Positions 54,930-64,000 of a DNA stretch of 64,000 nucleotides are shown here, piece after piece. The position numbers were made by a program, and so were the translations under genes. This DNA is from an uncultured Chloroflexia bacterium. Lineage in GTDB: Bacteria; Chloroflexota; Anaerolineae; B4-G1; SLSP01. Location of the stretch: the NCBI GenBank assembly GCA_963751345.1, contig CAVVUS010000013.1:32001-96000 (forward strand), given 5' to 3'. The number at the start of each line of letters is the position of its first letter. Within the stretch, counting starts at the first letter, position 1. The notes under the pieces were generated by a model. The model was given only the letters and a program-made list of their open reading frames with translations. It searched no databases and was not told where the DNA came from.

Positions 54930-56601
54930 TTGTATGGCACGTCGATTGCCGGCCTCGTCCTATGCCAAACACAAGCCGTGAAATCCGTGCAATCGGCTGA
55001 ATCCGTGATTCAGACACCCTTGCGAAGGTTTCCGCACCTTCGCAAGGGTCACTTGCACCGCCTGGCCATCGTCGCCATCCTGCTGCTGGCAGCGGCGCTG
55101 CGCTTCATCGGTCTGGAGCGCACGCCGCCTCCCTTCAACGTCGACGAGGCACTCCACGCCTACGAGGCCTACGCCATCCTGCGCACGGGGCACGACGAGT
55201 GGGGCCAGCCCTGGCCGATCACCTTCCGCGCCTTCAACGACTACCGGCGCCCCGCCACCATCTACAGCGCCGTGCCTTTCGTTGCCATCTACGGCCTGAC
55301 GATCACGGCCATCCGTTCGATGGCGGCATTCTGGGGATGGCTCTCGATCGTGCTGGTATATCGCCTGGCAAGCGATCTCTTCGACCGCCGCGTTGGGGTA
55401 GCGGCGGCGCTGATGCTCACGCTCTCCTCGTGGCACGTCGGCTTCTCGAGGCTTGGCGTCGAGGCCTCCGGGCCGCTGCTGCCTACCATCATCGGCGGCC
55501 TGGTCCTGGCGTGGCGGTGGTATAGAACACGCCGTCCCGTGCTCTTGCTGGGCGCCGGACTGGTCTTCGGTCTATCGCTCTACACCTATACGGTCGCGCA
55601 GGCCCTCACCCCGCTGCTGGTGGTAGCGATTGGCTTGATCTTCTTCAGCGCCCTCCGGAAGAGCCCACAATGGGGCGCAGCCGCCATCGCGGTCGTCGTC
55701 GTGGTCGCCGTCCCGCTGGCGGTCGCCATCGTCACCAACCCCGTGACCTGGAACCGGCTCAACGCCATTTCCGTTATGGCCGACCCCCAGGCGAACGGCG
55801 GCTGGTTGGCGGTGCGGCAGTGGCTGGGCCACTTCTCGCCGCAGTACCTCTTCCTGACCGGGGATGCCTCGCCGATCCACCATATTCAGGGTTACGGTCA
55901 GCTCTATTGGATCGAGGCGCTGCTGGTGCCGCTGGGGCTGGTGAACGCTTTCCGCGCGCGGCGCGATCGTCGGGCCGGATTGCTGCTGTTGGCGTGGCTC
56001 GCCGTGAGCGCGGTGCCGCCCGCCCTGACGCGCCAGGATATGGGGTCGCCGAACTCGATGCGGGGCATCGCCGGCGTGGGCGCGTGGGCCGTGCTGTCGG
56101 GCTTGGGGCTGGCCCTGGTGGTGCAGCGGCCTTGGCGACACGTGCGGCTTCGCGCCGTCCTGTCGGGACTCGTTGTGGGAACGCTGTTGTGGAACGCGGG
56201 GATGGTGCTGCACGCCTATTTCACGGTCTACCCGATCCAGTCCGCACGCGCCTATGAATACGGCATCCGCGAGGCGATGGACTACGTGATGGCGCACGAG
56301 GACGAAGTCGACACGATCGTCCTCACCGACTGGATCAGCCAGCCGCACATCTTCGCCGTCTTCTTCGAACGCTACGATCCGGCTGCCTTCCAGGCAACTC
56401 ACGCGCCCTACGGTGACAGGCTCTCGGAGAAACTCACGGCGTGGGGCGACAAGTACAGGACGGGCAACGCCGAGGAGCTCTACGAGGAGCTCGACCACGG
56501 TCTCTTCGTCGTGCGGCCTCACATGCTCACGGACGTCATACCCGAACGTGGTCATCCTCCATCCGGACGGCACGCCGGCGTTCAAGGTGATTCGCAAGTA
56601 G
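54930..56601 (+). CDS. GT-C glycosyltransferase (ArnT-like); start uncertain, frameshift near 56545
   Basis: FNVDEALHAYEAYAILRTGHDEWG..WP, WHVGFSR, SLYTY, HFSPQYLFLTGD. Confidence 0.85.
54976..55049. repeat. 9-mer-periodic 40-bp repeat (copy 2) abutting a REP hairpin
   Basis: 54976-55015 matches 19591-19630 (reverse complement); 55016-55049 ACCCTTGCGAAGGT-ttccgc-ACCTTCGCAAGGGT matches 38004-38038. Confidence 0.85.
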
Positions 56602-56792
56602 ACGACGGCCGTTACCTTCTGGGCTGCTATGCGGTGATGCCCACGCCCTAAGGTCACACCTGGGCAACCCGGAAGGTCCCGCGCCGGGTAGGCAGTCGCG
56701 ATCGAGGCCCTTCGCTAGTATGCCCATGGCCTTCAGGTATAATGTCGCCAAGGGGGCACGCCCCCAAACACCTTGACGGAGGATCACCACCC

Positions 56793-58058
56793 ATGCACAG
56801 GAGCGTAGTCTCAGCTATCCTCATAGCTCTGCTCACGATCATCGCCCTTTCGGCCGGCGGCACGACACTGGCCCAGCCGGTCGACGGCCCAGCCACCATG
56901 ATCGACCCGGATCCCGGTACCAACGGCGGCGTCGCCATCCACTCGACCGGCGCCACGAATCTGCTCACCAACGGCGATATGGACCAGCTCGGCTTCTACT
57001 TCAGGCCAAAGAACCACTACGTCGCCGGGATGTGGTTCGAGTGGTGGGCGGATTACACCGCCATCCCCGAGTACATCGACGGCGGCATCTCGTACCACAA
57101 CCAGTGCTATCCGGTGCCGGTGGATGGCCACTGTCACAACAGCACCGTGGGCGCGCCCAACAATAGCTCGCAGGGCTACATCCGCTGGGGAGGCCTGTTC
57201 GCCGCGGGTATCTACCAGCCGGTGCACAACGTGATACCGTGCACGCTCTACACTTTCGAGATCTACAACCGCAACGACACGGCAAACTACCACGCCAAGG
57301 TCGCCATCGACCGGGCCGGTTGGATCATCACCCAGCCCAGCGGCAATCCTCTGGAGAACTGCCCTCCCGATGGCGCCTCTCCCTGTCCCGATCCCTACGT
57401 GGCAAGCTTCCCGAGTACCACGGTATGGTCTGCCGAGTCCCACCAGCCCGCGCTGACCTGGGCGCCCATCAGCGTGACGGCGGAGGCTGCCGCCACGACC
57501 ATTTCGGTTTGGACCTACGCCCGTCCCGACTCCGGCCCCTCGCAGTCGGCCTACTGGGACTACGGGTCGCTCGTCCAGACGCCATTCCCTGATGCCACGC
57601 TCCCTGCGCCGGCCTCGTGGTATCCGTCGGACTTCATCTCCAACGTCACGACCCAGGTGAACGGCAACAGTGTCACCATCAACTGGGAGACGGGTGCCGC
57701 CGCCCCTACCCAGGTCTGGTACGCCATCTACGAGCCGGCGGCTGTGGTAACGCCCACCGAGTCGATGACCTACACGACTTACCTCCCGATAGTGGCCGCC
57801 TTCCGTCCCCCTACCCCGACCTACATGACACCGATCGACATCACGTCGACGTCGACGCAGCACCAGGTGGTCATCTCCGGACTGCCCACCGACAAAGCGA
57901 TCGTCTTTGCCATCCTCTCACGGCGGCCGGACGGCACGACGTGCGACACGGTGGCCGGTGATCTGATCCAACTGACGCTCTCCACAAACGAGATGATGAC
58001 CCTCCAGTCCTCCAAGGCCGCGACACTGCTCCCGGGTCCTGTCGTGCCGGAGCCCTAG
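56793..58058 (+). CDS. secreted protein with CBM-like jelly-roll and FN3-like domain, internal YLPIV motif
   Basis: TATAAT at 56738, GGAGG, signal peptide; NLLTNGD, AGIYQPV and VTINWET motifs. Confidence 0.75.
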   Translation: MHRSVVSAILIALLTIIALSAGGTTLAQPVDGPATMIDPDPGTNGGVAIHSTGATNLLTNGDMDQLGFYFRPKNHYVAGMWFEWWADYTAIPEYIDGGISYHNQCYPVPVDGHCHNSTVGAPNNSSQGYIRWGGLFAAGIYQPVHNVIPCTLYTFEIYNRNDTANYHAKVAIDRAGWIITQPSGNPLENCPPDGASPCPDPYVASFPSTTVWSAESHQPALTWAPISVTAEAAATTISVWTYARPDSGPSQSAYWDYGSLVQTPFPDATLPAPASWYPSDFISNVTTQVNGNSVTINWETGAAAPTQVWYAIYEPAAVVTPTESMTYTTYLPIVAAFRPPTPTYMTPIDITSTSTQHQVVISGLPTDKAIVFAILSRRPDGTTCDTVAGDLIQLTLSTNEMMTLQSSKAATLLPGPVVPEP

Positions 58059-58062
58059 CCGT

Positions 58063-60538
58063 GTGATGGGGGGTCGTATCGCCACAGGACGCCTTGCCGG
58101 GGCCGGCCGGTGGCTGGCCCTGGTCGCTCTGTGGTGTTTCCTCGGCCAGGCCCTGGCGGTCGCCGGTGCGACGTCGATGACGGTCGACGAGGGGCTGCAC
58201 GTGGCCAGCGGCTACACGATCTGGCGGACCGGCGACTATCGCCTGATCGAGGAGCATCCGCCGCTGGTGAAACTGTGGCTGGCGATCCCGCTGCTACCGC
58301 TGAAGGACCTGGCTGACCCGACGACGCTCCCCGCCTGGCAGGAGGCAGCTAAACCGACGACGGAAAGCCTGCCGCTGCTTCAGATGGCGCAGCAATTGCT
58401 CTACCCCCACACGCCGGTCGACGGGTGGCTCTTCCCGGCACGGGCGATGGCCTCACTTCTCGGCGTGCTGCTGCTGGCGGCGCTCTACCGGTGGGCACGC
58501 GAGATCGCGGGCACGTCGGGTGCGCTCTTTGCCGTGGCCCTGGCCGCGTTCGATCCCAACTTGCTGGCCCACAGCGCCGTCGCGACCACGGACATGGGTG
58601 CCACAGCACTGATCCTGCTCTCACTGTGGCAGGGCACGCACTTCCTGAAGCGACCCACGTGGCGGTCCGCCCTGGTCACGGGAGCCCTTCTGGGCTTCGC
58701 GCTCGCCACCAAACTGACCGCACTGCTGCTCGGCCCGGCGCTCGGGCTGGCGGGGCTGATCGCACTGGCGGTCTCCCCGCCCAGGCGCCGCAGGCGGCTC
58801 TTCCGCGGCGGCCTCGCCGTGCTGGCGGCGTGCGCCATCGTCTTCTGGGCCATCTACGGCTTCCAAGTGGGCTTTGTGCCGGGGCTCCCCTTCCCGGTCC
58901 CCGCCGCCGCTCACGCCATCCCGATTCTGCGGCTTCTTGCCCACAGCGAGGGAGGACACCAGGCCTTCCTGCTCGGGGAGAACAGCACCTACGGCTGGCC
59001 TGCGTATTTTCCGGTCGCATTCCTGCTCAAGACACCCTATAGCCGGCCTGATCGCGATGGCCGTGGGTGTGGGCGGGCTGCTGGCCGGTGCCGTGCGACG
59101 GAGACAGCTCAGCCTCAATGGGCTTCCGGCGGTGTTGTTTGCCGCGGTCTACGTCGTCGCGTCCATCGCAAGTCCCCTCAACATCGGTTACCGCCACCTC
59201 CTGCCGCTGCTGCCGCTGGGCTACCTGGCGGCGGGCGCTGCCCTGGGCCGCCGAAGCCGGTTCCTCCGCCCGGGCTCCCGGTCGCAGGCCTTCGGCCTGC
59301 TGCCCATCCTGGCGATCGTCTGCGTCCTTGGCCAGGGGAGTGCGACGCTCAGCCGGACGCCGGACCTCATCGCCTTCTTCAATGTCGCCGGCGGCGGCGC
59401 CGATCAGGGGTGGCGCTACTTAGCGGACTCCAACACCGACTGGGGCCAGGGCTACAAGGCACTGGCGCGCTTCCAGAAAGCACAGGGGACCGGCCCGGTG
59501 AAGCTCGCTGCCTTCATCTTCTACGATCCTGCCCTCTACGGCGTCCGCTACACACCACTCCCGCCGCTCGGTGGCGACACGCCCGCACTCTTTCCGTCGC
59601 GCTTCGCGCCACAGCCCGGCGCCTACGTCATCAGCGCCACGCCGCTGGACGGGATCCCCACGGCCGACCCGGAGATGTACGACTGGTTCAGATGGCGCGA
59701 GCCCGACGCGCGTGTAGCCGGTGCGCTCTTCTATTACGACGTTACGCCGCAGGAAGTCGAGACGGCCTGGGTAGCGGAGTGTACACAGCCCATCGCACCC
59801 CTTGACAAGGAGGCCATCGAGGCGGGATTCGGCGCGCCTCCGGACCGCGTGCTGGCGTTCGACTGCACCCGCACTTGGGTCCTCCCCGGCAGTGGGCGCG
59901 ATCCTGGGGCCACCGTGGTTCACGGAGCGTTGCTGGACGACACGTTGCGAGCCCGGCTGCATCTGACCGCTCCCCAGGCGACCGAGCCCTTCCTGGCGCG
60001 GCGGCTCGGCGAGACACAGATCACCTATCGCCAGCGGGCCTATCGCTTCGACCCGGCGTTCGCCATCTTTCGATCCGACAGGGGTGCCCCTGCCCCACCG
60101 CAGGTCACGGCCCGAACGGGTCGGGCCGATGCTTCCCTGGCCGAGGTCAGCCGGTCGCGGGCCGCGTCGCTGCCGGTCGCGCTGGACGGGCCGCTGGCCT
60201 TCCTCGGCGCCAGAGCCTATCCGGAGGGCGAGACGCTGGAGGTGGAGACGTGGTGGCGCGTGACCTCCGCTCCCACGGACCGCCCCTTCTCAGTCATGGG
60301 CCACCTCCTCGCGTCAGACGGCACCTCGCTCGGCGTGGACGACGGGTTGGGCGTGGCGCCCAACGCTTTGCGGGAGGGGGACTTGCTGATCGAGGTGCAC
60401 CGGTTTGCCACACCCCAGGCAGGCTCGACCGTCTGGCTCCGCACCGGAGCCTATTGGCTGGACACGATGGCGCGCTGGCGGGTCAGCGCTCCGGATGGTG
60501 CGGACGCGATCTTCGTGGCGCTAGAGCCGGGCCGGTAG
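58063..60538 (+). CDS. GT-C glycosyltransferase, paralog C (frameshift near 59040)
   Basis: TVDEGLH, EHPPL, VATTD, YFP...LKTP, GYRHLLP, LADSNTDWGQ, GAYWLDTMARW. Confidence 0.87.
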
Positions 60539-60552
60539 CCCATGCCCGGAGC

Positions 60553-60587
60553 CAACTGACAACCGGTAACTGACAACACCCAACTGT
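60553..60587. repeat. five tandem heptamers (YAACnnn) between convergent stops
   Basis: caactga caaccgg taactga caacacc caactgt. Confidence 0.75.
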
Positions 60588-60590
60588 CTT

Positions 60591-61133
60591 TCACCACAGC
60601 CGCAACTGCATCCGCATCTGCAGCCCTGCCTGCTCCAGCTCCAGCAGCACGGCCTTGCGCTCGACCCCGCCGGCGTAGCCGAGAAGCGCCCCGTCCGCGC
60701 CGATGACACGGTGGCACGGCACGAAGATGGCAACGGGGTTCGCGCCGACAGCCTGCCCGACAGCCTGTGAGGCGTGGGGCGTGTTCAGGAGCGTAGCGAT
60801 GGTGCCGTAGGTGGAGGTCTCGGCGTAGCCGATCCCGCGCAGTTGCTCCCATACCCTCTGCTGAAACGGCGTGCCGCGCAGGTCCAGCGGGAGGTCGAAA
60901 GTCTCCCGGCGCCAGTTGAAGTAGGCGAAGAGTTGGGACCTGGCTTCCACGAGCAGGTCGGTGCGCGCGGGGTCGGGGGACGCGACGCCAAAGCGCGCCA
61001 TCCGGCGCAGGATCGGGTGCCCCACGCTGTCCCCAAAGCCGGCGCCGCAGAGACCCTGGTCGGTCGCCCACAGCCATACCAATCCAAGGGGCGTTTCGGT
61101 GAAGATGATGCTGGACGTTGTCAAATCGGCCAT
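60591..61133 (-). CDS. ogt: methylated-DNA--protein-cysteine methyltransferase
   Basis: GTPFQQRVW, AVGQAVGANP, PCHRV active site. Confidence 0.93.
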   Translation of the reverse strand: MADLTTSSIIFTETPLGLVWLWATDQGLCGAGFGDSVGHPILRRMARFGVASPDPARTDLLVEARSQLFAYFNWRRETFDLPLDLRGTPFQQRVWEQLRGIGYAETSTYGTIATLLNTPHASQAVGQAVGANPVAIFVPCHRVIGADGALLGYAGGVERKAVLLELEQAGLQMRMQLRLW

Positions 61134-61149
61134 GGGTCGTCTCTCCTCG

Positions 61150-62937
61150 TCAATCGCCGAACCGCGGGCTGGTGAGCCGCCAGATGTCCGCGAGGTGCTG
61201 CGCCTCGAACGCCGCCCGCTGGGGCCACGCGTCGCGGTTCAGGACCAGCAGACCATAGCGTCCGGGGGCCTCGGGGATCAGCCCATAGGGCTCCCACCCG
61301 CGGGCCAGCGACAGCGACGTGATTCGGACGGCGTCCCCGACGATCGGCGCACCATCCGGGTTGCCGGCCAGCGCAATGTCCACGTCATCCAACAACATCC
61401 CCAGCAGTACGCTGTCCCGCTGTGCCAGGGTATCCTGCCCCAGTGCCAACACGAGCTCGATGGCGACCGGCTCAGGCTCACGCGGCCTCCGAACAAAGTC
61501 GGCCACGATCCCCAGACGCTCCCCCTCGGCGGGGCTGAAGAGGATGCCCTCCAGGAAGTGCGCCGATGGATCATAGGCCAACTGGTACGCGCGCATGTCA
61601 TCCATCAGGCGAAACTCGAGGTTGAGCAGCGTCTCGCTCTCCGGTGTCACCGACGCCTCCCCAAGCCACGCCTGCCAATTGGCCTCCAACGCTGCCGTGT
61701 CGGGCAGGCCCAGCGCAGTCACCATCGCCTGCCATCGCGCCACGTCGTCCCCATCCTTCACGTCCGCAGAAGCAGCGCAGATACGCGGCAGCTCGTCCCA
61801 CCCGTACTGCGACACGATATACTGCACGACCGCGCCGGCCTCCAGATAGCCGACCTCGTGCTGATGGGTGTAGAAATCGTCGACCAGGGCGGACAGGGAC
61901 ACATAGCGCGGCGACGAGAGCAGCGCGGCTGCCTTCTCTCGCAGCGGTTCGGGCCGGTAATGCCCGCCCGCGACATAGACCGCCAGTCCCTCGCGAAACA
62001 TCGAGGGAGCCCCTTCACAGCCGATGCCCTTATCGAGCCGGTGCGTCAACTCGTGTCGCAGCACCGTGCCCAGGGACGTCGGCGAGTACTGTCGATCCAC
62101 GTAAGAGATCGCCACCCAGTCCGACGAAGCATATCCCCCCTGACCCAACACGCGGTCCAGAAGGTAGATCTCCACTGCCTCGTCTGCCGGGCCCAGGCGC
62201 GCCGAGACATCTGCGTAGGCCTGTTGTGCCTGAAGCACAATCTGGTCAAGGTCGCGCGCCGCTGCCGAGTCGGTCAGGTAATGCAGCCGGAACCCCTGCG
62301 TCTCGGTGATCGCCCATGTGGTGTCCGGCTCGGGAGGAGGAAGCGCTGCGCGCGCCAGGAGTGGGACCGTCAGCGCCAGGCGGTTGTTCTCGAGATTGTC
62401 ATCGATGACGTTCTTCGGGAGCTGGAGCGTCAACGTCAGCGCCTCAGTCGTCGCCGTCTCGGGCATCTGCGCAATCCAATAGAAGCGGGCGCGCTCCACG
62501 TTATCCAGTCCGGAAAGCTCGACGTTGGCCGTGAAATCCGTGCCATCACCCAACATCAGCGCCACGGTTGTGTCACCATCGGCACCGGCGAGCACCGGAT
62601 CCACGTCCACCGAGAGGAGGTCGCCGGCATAGAGCGGCCAGGGGAAGAGATGGAAACCGGTGGCGGTCAACTGGGGATCGGCCTCAGGTGTCGGCGTAGG
62701 CGAGGGCGACGTCGTGGGCGTGAAGGTGGCTGCGGGCCGGGGGGTAGCGGTTGCTGCAGGTACGGCCGTGGCCGGAGGCACAGTGGCGGAGGCTCTCGGC
62801 GTCGAGGTGCGCGGTGGCGCAGTCGCCGTCCGGAGCGACTCAGGCAGCGAGGGAACTCCGCAGGCGAGGCTCGACGCGAGCAACGCGCAGAGCACCAGAC
62901 TGAGAACGAGCACAGGCCGCCTGGCGAACGGTTTCAC
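61150..62937 (-). CDS. lipoprotein with Thr/Pro linker and gluzincin (peptidase MA-like) domain
   Basis: Lipobox SSLA-C, TP-rich linker, HELTH followed by FREGLA. Confidence 0.8.
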   Translation of the reverse strand: MKPFARRPVLVLSLVLCALLASSLACGVPSLPESLRTATAPPRTSTPRASATVPPATAVPAATATPRPAATFTPTTSPSPTPTPEADPQLTATGFHLFPWPLYAGDLLSVDVDPVLAGADGDTTVALMLGDGTDFTANVELSGLDNVERARFYWIAQMPETATTEALTLTLQLPKNVIDDNLENNRLALTVPLLARAALPPPEPDTTWAITETQGFRLHYLTDSAAARDLDQIVLQAQQAYADVSARLGPADEAVEIYLLDRVLGQGGYASSDWVAISYVDRQYSPTSLGTVLRHELTHRLDKGIGCEGAPSMFREGLAVYVAGGHYRPEPLREKAAALLSSPRYVSLSALVDDFYTHQHEVGYLEAGAVVQYIVSQYGWDELPRICAASADVKDGDDVARWQAMVTALGLPDTAALEANWQAWLGEASVTPESETLLNLEFRLMDDMRAYQLAYDPSAHFLEGILFSPAEGERLGIVADFVRRPREPEPVAIELVLALGQDTLAQRDSVLLGMLLDDVDIALAGNPDGAPIVGDAVRITSLSLARGWEPYGLIPEAPGRYGLLVLNRDAWPQRAAFEAQHLADIWRLTSPRFGD

Positions 62938-62951
62938 CTGATGTCAGCCCC

Positions 62952-64000
62952 TCATCGCGACAGAAGGGCGAGAAAGCGGATCATCGTATCGATGCCCCGC
63001 GTGAAATTCGGCAGGTGCAGCTTCTCGTTGGGGGAATGGAGGCGGTCGTCGGGAAGCCCGAAGCCCATCAGGATGGTCTCAATGCCCAACTCGGCCCGGA
63101 ACGTGGCCACGACCGGGATCGAGCCCCCCTCGCGCACGAAGATAGGCTCGACACCGAAGGTCTCGGCATAGGCGTCGAACGCCACCCGCATCGCCGGGCT
63201 GTCGCGGTCCACAATCGCGCCGGCACCGCCATGCAGATTACGGACCTCGATCGAGACCGAGGGCGGGGCGATCTCGTGCAGGTAGGCCGTTGCCAGCCGG
63301 GCAATCTCCTCGGGGTCCTGGTCGGGCACAAGCCGCATCGACAACTTGGCGTGCGCCTTGCCGGGCAGCACGGTCTTGGCTCCCGGCTCCATATATCCCC
63401 CCCAGATGCCGTTGACGTCCAGCGTCGGCCGCGCCGTGGTCCGCTCGACGATCGTGTACTCCGCCTCGCCCCAGTCGGTCGGGACGCCCGCCTCCGCCAA
63501 CCACGTCTCGCGATCGAACGGGATCTTGGCCAACTCGCGCCGCTCGTCGGGCGCCAGATCCCTGACGCTGTCGTAGAAACCGGGGATCGTGATGCGCCCG
63601 CCGGCGTCCTGCAACTGCGCGATCATCCGGCAGAGCGCGTTCAGCGGGTTGTTGACCGCACCACCGTAGATGCCCGAGTGGAGATCGAAGGCCGGCCCGG
63701 TCACCTCGACCTCGAGGTAGGCCAGCCCCCGCAGGGCATAGACGATGCTGGGCATATCCGGTCCCAGGATGTGGGAATCCGAGATGACGGCGACGTCCGC
63801 TGCGAGCAGATCGCGATGGCTCTCCACGAAGGGCGCAAGGCTCGGGCTCCCGATCTCCTCCTCACCCTCGAAGATGCATTTCACATTGACGGGCGGGGTC
63901 CCGGTGGTCGCGTGATAGGCCTCGACCGCCTTCACGTGAATAAACGCCTGGCCTTTGTCGTCCGCTGCACCGCGGGCAAAGAGGCTGTCACCCCGCACCG
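62952..64000 (-). CDS. M20-family dipeptidase (5' end outside window)
   Basis: ARGAADDKGQ, EGEEEIGS, DLHSG, GGSIP, HSPNE. Confidence 0.92.
   Translation of the reverse strand, partial: VRGDSLFARGAADDKGQAFIHVKAVEAYHATTGTPPVNVKCIFEGEEEIGSPSLAPFVESHRDLLAADVAVISDSHILGPDMPSIVYALRGLAYLEVEVTGPAFDLHSGIYGGAVNNPLNALCRMIAQLQDAGGRITIPGFYDSVRDLAPDERRELAKIPFDRETWLAEAGVPTDWGEAEYTIVERTTARPTLDVNGIWGGYMEPGAKTVLPGKAHAKLSMRLVPDQDPEEIARLATAYLHEIAPPSVSIEVRNLHGGAGAIVDRDSPAMRVAFDAYAETFGVEPIFVREGGSIPVVATFRAELGIETILMGFGLPDDRLHSPNEKLHLPNFTRGIDTMIRFLALLSR

Noticed and set aside
60961-63171. 736-aa plus-strand ORF and similar long antisense ORFs (e.g. 19954-21243, 29147-30553, 38363-39304)
   Set aside because: Shadow ORFs of high-GC genes on the opposite strand; Arg/Pro-rich with no motifs.

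Overview
GC-rich bacterial DNA whose gene content and motifs suggest Chloroflexota (Anaerolineae-like); this assignment is inference. Many genes are broken by single-base frameshifts, most likely uncorrected long-read indels, so several CDS calls below are reconstructed across ORF-track fragments. In order, the window holds: a PadR regulator divergent from a small Fe-S/redox cluster; a hicBA toxin-antitoxin pair; a ~23 kb minus-strand pair of giant exported proteins (a ~5100-aa LamG/Ca-binding-repeat protein with an internal hydrophobic helical bundle, and a ~2400-aa FG-GAP/Ig protein); a DUF2089/SHOCT-pentapeptide operon; methyltransferases, a MASE3-PAS kinase and a receiver; a PHP-AlbA_2(Schlafen-like) fusion co-oriented with mog and nnr; fprA; a ~20 kb array of one GT4 and seven GT-C membrane glycosyltransferases; and ogt, a lipoprotein peptidase and a partial M20 dipeptidase. 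The most striking unexplained structure is a set of REP-like palindrome families, several of them sitting inside the GT-C coding sequences at equivalent loop positions of paralogs. No rRNA, tRNA, CRISPR array or transposase was recognised.
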